A model generated the notes under the pieces. The model saw only the letters and a program-made list of their open reading frames with translations. It did not search any database and had not been told where the DNA came from. A program made the position numbers and the translations under genes. Below, piece after piece: positions 9,136 through 16,936 of a DNA stretch of 34,509 nt (the stretch's first letter is position 1; the number at the start of each line of letters is the position of its first letter). Origin of the DNA: a virus; the IMG/VR virus record IMGVR_UViG_3300045988_143498, positions 1-34,509 of that record; one strand, written 5' to 3'.

Positions 9136-11193
9136 ATGGCTAATTCAGAAACAGGCATTACGATTAATTTTAGGGGCAATACAGCCGAGTTTGCGAGTGA
9201 TGTTGATGGTATTAATAAAGCTTTAAAACTATTGAGTAAGGATATCAAAGCGCTTAATAAAGAGCTTAAGCTAGACCCTACAAATGTAGAAACATTAAAT
9301 AATAAGTTTGATGAGCTTAAACAGAAACAAGAATTATTAACAAAACAAGCTAAAAACTATAGAGAAGCTATAGAAAACATGGGTACTATTGCTAACAATG
9401 AAGACCTTAATAAATTAGCCGACTTTCAAGGCAAATTAGCTGATGTTGAGGTTCAATTAAGAAAAGTCAATGAGGAAATGAACCTTGTCAATGTTGAAAG
9501 CATTAAAAACTTTTCATATAACCTAGATAAAGCTTGCAAGGTGCTTGATAATGTAGGTAATGCTCTTGATAGAGTAGGCAAAGCCTTATTACCTTTAAGT
9601 ACTGCAAGTGGTTTGGCTTTAGGAACGGGCATTAAATATAATCTTGAATTAGAAAAAACTCAAGTAGCATTAGAGAGAATTTTAGGCACTCAAGAAGAAG
9701 CTAATAAAGTCATGCAAGAGTTTATTAGCTTTAGTGATAAAACACCATTTAGCCCTAAAGAAATAACTCGTTGGGCGCAAATGATGATGGCTGGTGGTGC
9801 AAGTGTTGAAGAAGCAAGAAAAACCATTGAAGCATTAGGCAATGCAGTATCAGCCACAGGCGGTGGCACTGATGAAATGAATAGAATGATACAAAACCTT
9901 CTACAATTTAGAGGTGCTTCACCAGAACAAAGAGACTTAAAGCAATTCCAATATGCTTATATCGATATATACGGTGCTTTGAGCGACTATATGGGTGAAA
10001 ACGCAAGATTATTAAAGTCTAGTGAAATATCTTATGAGGATGTTATAGGAGCTTTAATTAAGGCTAGTGAAGAGGGCGGAAGATATGCAAATGGTATGGC
10101 TAGTGCCAGTGAAACAACCGCCGTTAAAATGGAGAAATTGCGCTATCAATTACAACAATTGGCTGGAGATTTAGCGGAAAGCTTAATGCCTACAGTTCAA
10201 GCAATGGTTGATAAGTTAAAAGAATTGATTGATAGATTTAAAGCATTAGACCCACAAACAAAGGAAATGATAACTAAAGCCTTATTACTTACTACAGCAT
10301 TAGCGCCTACTGTACTACTGTTATCCAAGCTCATATTAGGATTTAGTGGGTTAGGCAAGGCATTTAATGCAATTATAAAAAATAAAGATATTTTAATGTT
10401 TCTAGCAAATCTAACAACAAAATTTAAAGATTTAAGTACTCTAGTGTCTACCAAGTCAGCAGGCTCAAAACTATTAAGCTTTATTCCAAAATTAATATCT
10501 CTAACGGGTGGTTTGTTGCCCGTTATTGCGTTGGTTATTGGTGCATTGGTTTTGATGTATAAAAAGAGTGAAGCATTTAGATTTGCAATCAATAATCTTG
10601 TTAACGCAATAATGAATATATTAAAGCCTGTTTTCAATGTATTAGTAGGAATTATTAATAATATTGTCGTGCCAGCGTTTAAATGGCTATGGGATATCGT
10701 TGGCAAAGTGGCTAGTGTTTTAGGTAGTGTATTAGCACCTTTTATTGATTTGGTAACACTTGCTATTGGACTTTTGAACATAACTATCAATACGTGTATT
10801 GAGGTTTTTAAAGCCTTATGGGAAAAGATATCAGAAACCACAGCGTTTCAAGCGTTAATGATAACATTTAAAGACATTGGGGAAGCAATCAATTCGGTAA
10901 TTGAAAAGGTTAAAGCATTATTTGGCTGGTTTGGTAATTTAATCGATAGAGCAAAAGAGTTTTTAGGCTTGAATGACAAGATAAGCACTCATGATTACAA
11001 CGGTGTAACACATGGCGGAGGTGGTGGTCATGCGTGGAGCGGTGGCTTTGACAAGTACAATAGTGGTGGCTTTGCAGTTAATACAACAATCAATGTTAAT
11101 AACAATGGTTCACAAATTACTCGTAGTGAAGTCAACAGATGGGCTGATGTAATGGTTGATAGAGTGAATGAAAGATTAGGAAGGTTGGTGTAG
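9136..11193 (+). CDS. Tail tape measure protein
   Basis: 685 aa, the largest tail gene. It has a coiled-coil N-terminal half, hydrophobic segments and a glycine-rich C-terminus. Confidence 0.9.
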   Translation: MANSETGITINFRGNTAEFASDVDGINKALKLLSKDIKALNKELKLDPTNVETLNNKFDELKQKQELLTKQAKNYREAIENMGTIANNEDLNKLADFQGKLADVEVQLRKVNEEMNLVNVESIKNFSYNLDKACKVLDNVGNALDRVGKALLPLSTASGLALGTGIKYNLELEKTQVALERILGTQEEANKVMQEFISFSDKTPFSPKEITRWAQMMMAGGASVEEARKTIEALGNAVSATGGGTDEMNRMIQNLLQFRGASPEQRDLKQFQYAYIDIYGALSDYMGENARLLKSSEISYEDVIGALIKASEEGGRYANGMASASETTAVKMEKLRYQLQQLAGDLAESLMPTVQAMVDKLKELIDRFKALDPQTKEMITKALLLTTALAPTVLLLSKLILGFSGLGKAFNAIIKNKDILMFLANLTTKFKDLSTLVSTKSAGSKLLSFIPKLISLTGGLLPVIALVIGALVLMYKKSEAFRFAINNLVNAIMNILKPVFNVLVGIINNIVVPAFKWLWDIVGKVASVLGSVLAPFIDLVTLAIGLLNITINTCIEVFKALWEKISETTAFQALMITFKDIGEAINSVIEKVKALFGWFGNLIDRAKEFLGLNDKISTHDYNGVTHGGGGGHAWSGGFDKYNSGGFAVNTTINVNNNGSQITRSEVNRWADVMVDRVNERLGRLV

Positions 11194-11194
11194 T

Positions 11195-11512
11195 ATGCTA
11201 ACAAGAGGAACAACACCCACTATTATTTTCACTTTGCATGATGATAATGATGTACCAGTTGATTTATCAAAGTATGAAGTTTTAATTGTAACAATTGAAG
11301 ATAGTAGAAAAGGGCAAATCGATATAGATAAAGAGAGAATTAAGTTTAATGATGATTTTTCTTTTGAAACAACCTTAACGCAAGAGGAAACATTAAGATT
11401 GGTTAGTGGAAGAATTAAGGTTCAATTAAGAGCAAAAATTGATGAGAACGCTATTGCAAGTTGTGAGCAATATTGCACATTAGCGGATATTATTAAACAA
11501 GGCGAAATATGA
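11195..11512 (+). CDS. Small tail/baseplate-associated protein (Ig-like, BppU-N-like guess)
   Basis: 105 aa. The pattern RGTTPTIIFTL..D..PVDLSKYEV resembles Ig-like N-domains of baseplate proteins. Weak call. Confidence 0.4.
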   Translation: MLTRGTTPTIIFTLHDDNDVPVDLSKYEVLIVTIEDSRKGQIDIDKERIKFNDDFSFETTLTQEETLRLVSGRIKVQLRAKIDENAIASCEQYCTLADIIKQGEI

Positions 11513-11679
11513 TTTTACATATTCAAACAAAAAATCAATTTACCTTAACTTTAAGAGAAGAAAAAGAATTATTTAAACTTAAACTTGATTTAGCTTATAA
11601 AGATATACACGAACATTATAAAGGAGAGTATATTATCAACCCTAAAATAGTTTCTCAAAAAAATGGAAACAAAAAATAA
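11509..11679 (+). CDS. Small ORF (56 aa), 5' part of a possibly frameshift-split gene
   Basis: ATGA overlap with the upstream gene. It ends shortly after an A7 run (11657-11663). Not in the ORF track because it is shorter than 60 aa. Confidence 0.4.
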   Translation: MILHIQTKNQFTLTLREEKELFKLKLDLAYKDIHEHYKGEYIINPKIVSQKNGNKK

Positions 11680-11773
11680 GATTATGGATGATGATGTTAC
11701 AATCAATGAAATTTATTATAACGAAACTGAAAATTTAAGTGGCGGAATGACCGCACAAATAGGAGAAATATAA
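11663..11773 (+). CDS. Small ORF (36 aa), 3' part of a possibly frameshift-split gene
   Basis: No Shine-Dalgarno sequence upstream. Its frame is open from 11651, and it ends in a TAATG overlap with the next gene. Confidence 0.35.
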   Translation: METKNKIMDDDVTINEIYYNETENLSGGMTAQIGEI

Positions 11774-12375
11774 TGGCGGGAAAACATGTAAGTAAAGTAA
11801 TTTATGGCGGTAAAACTTTAATTGACTTAACAGCAGATACTGTCGCACAAGACCAAGTTCAAAAAGGAATTACATTCCATGACAAATCAGGTGCTACTTT
11901 AGTAGGTACTTCAACTAAAGATAGTGATACAAAGGACGCTACAGGAAAAGCAGGGGAGATTTTATTAGGTAAAACCGCTTATGTAAATGGTGCTAAAGTT
12001 ACTGGTACTATGGCTAATAATGGAACACAAGACAGTACAATCACAACTAAAGCCCAAGTGGTAACAATTAAAAATGGTTTCCATGATGGAAGCGGTACTG
12101 TTCAAATTGACCCTACAGAACAAGCAAAGATTATTGGCGATAATATCCTTGAAGGTATCACCATTTTAGGTGTTCAAGGTACAAGAAAGCCAGCTAGCGG
12201 TGTTAAGATTGAGCCTAGTAAAACCGTAACACCTTATACAACAGCTCAAACGGTGCAACCGTCTAGTCAATATGATGTTATGTCAGAGGTTGTTGTAAAT
12301 GCGATTGCATATTCTGAAGTTGAAAATAGCGCAGGCGGTTTGACAGTGACAATTGGTACGGTAGCACCAGCATAA
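11773..12375 (+). CDS. Putative tail fibre / receptor-binding-like structural protein
   Basis: 200 aa. The N-terminal motif VIYGGKTLIDLTADTV..GITFHDKSG is shared with CDS 15792..16019, and the rest is G/T-rich. Confidence 0.5.
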   Translation: MAGKHVSKVIYGGKTLIDLTADTVAQDQVQKGITFHDKSGATLVGTSTKDSDTKDATGKAGEILLGKTAYVNGAKVTGTMANNGTQDSTITTKAQVVTIKNGFHDGSGTVQIDPTEQAKIIGDNILEGITILGVQGTRKPASGVKIEPSKTVTPYTTAQTVQPSSQYDVMSEVVVNAIAYSEVENSAGGLTVTIGTVAPA

Positions 12376-12391
12376 AGAAAGGGGAGCTTAA

Positions 12392-13267
12392 ATGGTTAGG
12401 CAATTTTATTTAGAAAATAGTTTAGGTAAAAGATATGAATTAACCAATAAAAATTTTAAACAATTTTTAAATGAACCCAACGGGTTAGGCTTTGTGAAGA
12501 ATTTAACTGTTTTAAGATTGGGCAATGATGAGCTTATCACGGATGAGCAATTTTCAATGCCAAGTATTAGCGGTACAATTCTTTTTTATGATGATGTAGA
12601 AAAAGCATATCAAAATTATCTTGAGTTTGTTAATTTTATTAGATATACCCCAATTAAACTATATTATCTACCGCCTAACCTATTATTCCCTTATTATATT
12701 GAATGCAGTATTACACAAGTAGATAAAAGTGAATATACAAAAGATGGTTATTTGTCATGCCCTATAACATTTTATGGTTATACCTTATGGCAAAATTCAC
12801 AAGAAAGTAGTTTGATTGTTAATAATAACGAAAATACAGATGGCAAGCATTATGAATTAATAAGACCTTACCATTATGCAGGAAATTCCTTAAGTTCAAT
12901 CATAATCAACAACACAGGTGATGTGCCTGTTGGTTTTGTGTTTGAAGTTGTAGGCAGTGTTACAAATCCACGCTTGATAGCTACACAAAATGGGGTGGCT
13001 TATGGACAATTAAAACTAAACGGTACTTTTGATTATGTGAGAGTAGACAGCAACGATTTAACCGAGAGTATTTATCTTGAGAATAACGGAGCAATTATTA
13101 CAAATCCTTTAAGTTATCAAGATTTAAGTATAGCTGATGGAATATCTACTCTTACTTTCTTTAAATTGAAAGTCGGTGAAAATAGACTATCTTTTTCATG
13201 TGACAAAATATCTTCTTTTGAAGGTAATGTTAACTTTAAATGGAAAGATAAGAAGGTATCAGTATAA
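12392..13267 (+). CDS. Distal tail protein (Dit-like)
   Basis: 291 aa. The motif IINNTGDVPVGFVFEVVGSVTNPRL is typical of siphovirus Dit proteins, and the gene precedes the Tal-like gene. Confidence 0.6.
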   Translation: MVRQFYLENSLGKRYELTNKNFKQFLNEPNGLGFVKNLTVLRLGNDELITDEQFSMPSISGTILFYDDVEKAYQNYLEFVNFIRYTPIKLYYLPPNLLFPYYIECSITQVDKSEYTKDGYLSCPITFYGYTLWQNSQESSLIVNNNENTDGKHYELIRPYHYAGNSLSSIIINNTGDVPVGFVFEVVGSVTNPRLIATQNGVAYGQLKLNGTFDYVRVDSNDLTESIYLENNGAIITNPLSYQDLSIADGISTLTFFKLKVGENRLSFSCDKISSFEGNVNFKWKDKKVSV

Positions 13268-14835
13268 TGTGGCGAGGATATGTTAAAGACCAATTAAATT
13301 TGGAGAGTGTGCCAAAGGCTTTTTTGAAGATTAAAAGTTTTAACATTAGTGAAGATTTACTTACAAGTGCTACTTCTAGTTTAGAATGTGTAGAAGTAAG
13401 TGATAATATTTCAAATGGTGATGTTTTAATCGTTGCAGATGAAAAGGGCATTACAAAGTATTTAGGTGTTATCAATTCGATTGATGAGAATACCATTAAT
13501 ACAACACAAATTCAATCTATCTATAAAGGTAATTGGTTATATGACTTACCTAACATTATAGGTGTTGGTGATGATAAATCGTGGCATTGGGATAGATACG
13601 ATTATTTAATTGACCCAACTAAAGATTATAAGCATTGGAATAATAGCGACTTGCCAAAGCTTGAAGCACTTGAAAACCTACAAATTAGAGAAAGTAGAAC
13701 TCTTTTAGATAGTTCTACTTCTTTAGTTATGAATTTAGCTGAAAAGTACACAGCGTGCGCTACTACTTATGTTTATAGTGAAACAAGAAAGAATATCACA
13801 ATGGTATTTTCATGTGACAACGGTGGTATTTTATATGTAAATGGTGCTGATGTTGGCTCATATGTTTATTATGACAGTTCTACTCAAGCTCAAAGAGTAC
13901 CTATTGAATGCCCTGTTACAATTCGTAAGGGGTGGAACAAGGTTCAAGTTGTTTATAGCAAAGAGACTGGAAATGATGGCTGGTTAGTTACTATAAATGG
14001 TTTCCATTTAAACGAATACTTTACAGAACAAACAAGTAAATATACTTCAAATGTTACTTCATTAGAAGATACTTTTGCACAAGCCTTAAGATTATATGCA
14101 AATGGCAAAATGCGAGACAGCAATTACACTGATGACTTAATCAAACAAAGATTATCTTCAATTGAAATAAAAACATCTTCTCAAACACAGGGAGCTTTTT
14201 TAACTCAAGAAGATACTTATGTATGTGATATGGAAGAGTTTATCTATTCTTTGTATAGTCGTTATCAAATCCAATTAACATTTGATATTCCTTATCAAGG
14301 CAAGTGTACTTGCACTGTTGGAAAATCCAACATTGGAGAAATCAAGATAGGCAATAACACAAACGCTATAGTCGATATATCACCTATTACAGAAGTTGAA
14401 GAAACAAATAGATTAATTATCTACAATAAGGATGGAACTTATAGAACTACTTATGTCACTAAAGCTGATGGAAGTAGGGAAAAAGAACCTATAGGCACTG
14501 CAAATAGGTTTGGAGTTGTTAAAACTGCAATTGTGTTTAGTGATGACGACGACGAGACTTTACAATGGGGATATTTACCTAAAATGTACAATCATAAGTT
14601 AACTTTTATACTTAAAATGTTTGCTAATAGCTTATATAAGTATGATGATTTTAAATTAGGTATGCCATTAGCAATATGGAAAGATACCGACTACTTTTCT
14701 ACTATCCTTACAGGAAGGCAAATGACAAAGGATGAAAATACACCTATTAATGAAGTTAGTTATACTTGTGGAACGGTTAGAACAAAGTTGACCGAAAAGC
14801 TATTAATCAAATATGGGGTGCAAAATGTTAGATAA
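13267..14835 (+). CDS. Tail-associated (Tal-like) baseplate protein with PA14-like insert
   Basis: 522 aa, positioned after Dit. Residues ~100-250 carry a PA14-like pattern (FSCDNGGILYVNGADVG ... VTIRKGWNKVQVVYSKETGNDGWLV). Confidence 0.5.
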   Translation: MWRGYVKDQLNLESVPKAFLKIKSFNISEDLLTSATSSLECVEVSDNISNGDVLIVADEKGITKYLGVINSIDENTINTTQIQSIYKGNWLYDLPNIIGVGDDKSWHWDRYDYLIDPTKDYKHWNNSDLPKLEALENLQIRESRTLLDSSTSLVMNLAEKYTACATTYVYSETRKNITMVFSCDNGGILYVNGADVGSYVYYDSSTQAQRVPIECPVTIRKGWNKVQVVYSKETGNDGWLVTINGFHLNEYFTEQTSKYTSNVTSLEDTFAQALRLYANGKMRDSNYTDDLIKQRLSSIEIKTSSQTQGAFLTQEDTYVCDMEEFIYSLYSRYQIQLTFDIPYQGKCTCTVGKSNIGEIKIGNNTNAIVDISPITEVEETNRLIIYNKDGTYRTTYVTKADGSREKEPIGTANRFGVVKTAIVFSDDDDETLQWGYLPKMYNHKLTFILKMFANSLYKYDDFKLGMPLAIWKDTDYFSTILTGRQMTKDENTPINEVSYTCGTVRTKLTEKLLIKYGVQNVR

Positions 14836-15283
14836 GAATAAATGGTCACAATTTGGAAAAGATGGGCTAGAGCCTACTTGTATCACGATACACAATACAG
14901 GCAATTATGATATGACAGCAAGGGAGTTATTTGATTATTTAAACAATGAATGTTTAACTTCTCAAGGTTGTCATTTTTTAGTTGATGATAAGGAAATAAT
15001 CGAGGTTATGCCTATTTCGTGGAAAGTATACCATACAGGCAAGGGCGAAGATTATGCTTTTAACAATTCAATTGCTATAGAAATTTGTTCAAGTCTTGAT
15101 GATGAGTTGTATCTCAAAGGGCAAGAAAAAGCAATTAGGTTAATTAAAAGTTATATGGATAAATTCAATATCCCAAAAGAAGAAATATATTTCCATATTG
15201 ACTTTAACCCCACCACATATTGCCCTTGCAATATTTTAGATTTATACAAAACAAAAGAGAATTTTTTAAATAAATTCTTTTAG
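14825..15283 (+). CDS. N-acetylmuramoyl-L-alanine amidase (Amidase_2 / PGRP-type catalytic domain only)
   Basis: CITIHNTGN, HFLVDD, YHTG, AIEIC and FHIDF..TYCPC match the Amidase_2 zinc-ligand and catalytic pattern. I chose ATG 14825; the ORF track starts at 14813. Confidence 0.8.
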   Translation: MLDKNKWSQFGKDGLEPTCITIHNTGNYDMTARELFDYLNNECLTSQGCHFLVDDKEIIEVMPISWKVYHTGKGEDYAFNNSIAIEICSSLDDELYLKGQEKAIRLIKSYMDKFNIPKEEIYFHIDFNPTTYCPCNILDLYKTKENFLNKFF

Positions 15284-15294
15284 AAAGGAATAAT

Positions 15295-15792
15295 ATGATA
15301 AGGACTTTAAAAGATACGGGCGCTGAATATCCTATTTCTTCAAATGTTGATGGTGCGGTTTATTCGGTTGCTACTCAAGATTGTGTTATTGGTAATATGG
15401 GTGATGAGTTCGCAATAACCACAAGTATAAATTCGTTAAACCTAACATTTAAAAAAGGATGTATTGCAGTACTATGTGGTAATGCTTTTTGGTTGACTGA
15501 TGATGTTGAAGTTACACTACCAGCAAATAGCACAATTTTTTTATGCTTAAGAATTGATACTTCAAAGCCTAACGGTCAAAAAGGTAGTTTTGAATGTTTA
15601 ACTGAAGCTGGTATAAAAAAAGATAACATTAACAATGAAGGTATTAGAGATTTAGTAATTTATAAAATTACAACATCATCTAATGGAGTTACTGCTAGTG
15701 AAGATAAAAGAGTTATTATGAACTCTGGTTCGTATGCAACAAAAGATTATGTTGATAATGCAATTGGAAATGCTATTAAGGGTAATTACTAA
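15295..15792 (+). CDS. Putative baseplate / receptor-binding structural protein
   Basis: 165 aa in the tail-tip gene block with an AAAGGA RBS. No firm motif. Confidence 0.4.
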   Translation: MIRTLKDTGAEYPISSNVDGAVYSVATQDCVIGNMGDEFAITTSINSLNLTFKKGCIAVLCGNAFWLTDDVEVTLPANSTIFLCLRIDTSKPNGQKGSFECLTEAGIKKDNINNEGIRDLVIYKITTSSNGVTASEDKRVIMNSGSYATKDYVDNAIGNAIKGNY

Positions 15793-16019
15793 TGGAAAAA
15801 AACAAAATAATTTATGGTGGCAAGGTTCTATTAGATTTAACTAACGATACTGTTTCATCTGACACATTAGGTTATGGAATAACCGCACATGATAAAAGCG
15901 GACGAATTATCACAGGAAATTTAGTACCAGTATTAAATCAACCGCCATTTTTAGCAACCAATAGCGGTAAAATAATCAAATTTTCTAACACAGCATTTAT
16001 ACAAGTGAAAGGAGCTTAA
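15792..16019 (+). CDS. Small fibre-like protein sharing its N-terminal motif with CDS 11773..12375
   Basis: IIYGGKVLLDLTNDTV..GITAHDKSG aligns with the N-terminus of the 200-aa protein. Confidence 0.45.
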   Translation: MEKNKIIYGGKVLLDLTNDTVSSDTLGYGITAHDKSGRIITGNLVPVLNQPPFLATNSGKIIKFSNTAFIQVKGA

Positions 16020-16021
16020 TT

Positions 16022-16180
16022 ATGGCAACAACTCAAACAAGTGTTAATGATTTACCAGAAAAGACAACGGTAACAAGCAACGATTACATTATTGTTGATA
16101 ATGGAACAACTACATACAAAGCAAAACTATCAACAGTAATTGATACGGTGATTAGTGGAGCAATTAATGCTTCATATTAG
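16022..16180 (+). CDS. Small ORF (52 aa) resembling tail-fibre N-terminal anchor motifs
   Basis: RBS GAAAGGAG. By my translation: MATTQTSVNDLPEKTTVTSNDYIIVDNGTTTYKAKLSTVIDTVISGAINASY. Not in the ORF track. Confidence 0.45.
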   Translation: MATTQTSVNDLPEKTTVTSNDYIIVDNGTTTYKAKLSTVIDTVISGAINASY

Positions 16181-16188
16181 GAGGAATT

Positions 16189-16611
16189 ATGGCATATACA
16201 ACTTTAAATAGTTTATTGACAGCTATAGCCGATGCTATAAGGTCAAAAAAAGGAACAACAGCACAAATCAATGCTCAAAATTTCCCCAGTGAGATAGCAA
16301 GCATTTCTACTTCATCAACAATAGTAGAAAAATTCTATAAAACTGTTCCTGAGACAAGCGCTGGGCAATATGCAACAGTAACAATATCAGAAGATTATGA
16401 TGTTGTAATAGTTAATATGAATTATGAAGATGGCTATGATGATAGCGGAGCAAATTACAACAGTAAAAGTAATTTTTATGGTTTTGCTTATTATTCACAA
16501 CTTTGTCGTTTCTATATATATTATGGTGTCAAAGCTAATTCGGTTTTTAAAGATAAGTGTGTCGCTGGTCAAAATGCTGGTATATCAGTATTGGCATTTA
16601 ATGTTGAATAG
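16189..16611 (+). CDS. Putative tail fibre-associated protein
   Basis: 140 aa. The N-terminal motif LLTAIADAIRSKKGT is recurrent in fibre-like proteins of Gram-positive phages, by my recollection. Confidence 0.4.
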   Translation: MAYTTLNSLLTAIADAIRSKKGTTAQINAQNFPSEIASISTSSTIVEKFYKTVPETSAGQYATVTISEDYDVVIVNMNYEDGYDDSGANYNSKSNFYGFAYYSQLCRFYIYYGVKANSVFKDKCVAGQNAGISVLAFNVE

Positions 16612-16626
16612 AAAGGAAAAACAAAA

Positions 16627-16851
16627 ATGAAATTGAACGATAAAACTTACGATATTTTATGTTGGATTGGCAGAATTGTGATGCCAAGTTTAGCGGTGCT
16701 TTATACAACATTAGGAGATATTTGGGGTTTACCTTATACTAGTGAAATCCCAGCTACTATTATGGGGTTAGATGTCTTCTTAAATGCTTTATTAGGCATT
16801 AGTGCTAATACTTACTACAAAGAAAAAGCAAATCAAAATACAGAAGTTTAG
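16627..16851 (+). CDS. Holin
   Basis: 74 aa with two hydrophobic helices (IGRIVMPSLAVLYTTLG and IPATIMGLDVFLNALLGISA) and a polar charged C-tail. It lies just upstream of the lysin gene. Confidence 0.7.
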   Translation: MKLNDKTYDILCWIGRIVMPSLAVLYTTLGDIWGLPYTSEIPATIMGLDVFLNALLGISANTYYKEKANQNTEV

Positions 16852-16876
16852 GGGTTAGAAATAACCCCTTTAATTT
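16851..16876 (+). terminator. Rho-independent terminator candidate after the holin gene
   Basis: GGGGTTA (16851-57), loop GAAA, TAACCCC (16862-68), then TTTAATTT. Confidence 0.6.
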
Positions 16877-16889
16877 GGTCAAAATTCTT

Positions 16890-16926
16890 AAAATGACTAA
16901 ATTGAATTGAAAATGACTAAATTGAA
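16890..16926 (+). repeat. Tandem 17-bp perfect direct repeat (period 20) upstream of the lysin gene
   Basis: AAAATGACTAAATTGAA occurs at 16890-16906 and again at 16910-16926. Confidence 0.9.
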
Positions 16927-16936
16927 AGGAGTTAAT

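Noticed and set aside
10197-10841. Long antisense ORF (214 aa) inside the tape measure gene, plus other antisense ORFs: 1474-1683, 1701-2048, 5429-5623, 5765-5950, 6295-6600, 11028-11216, 13236-13496, 19488-19688, 21883-22068, 22422-22640, 23995-24231, 24238-24513, 24871-25101, 25804-26121, 27337-27576, 27848-28048, 28066-28263, 29473-29745, 30601-30819, 31194-31376, 33145-33384
   Set aside because: All lie opposite well-supported genes, lack ribosome binding sites, and have low-complexity or hydrophobic compositions typical of shadow frames in AT-rich DNA.
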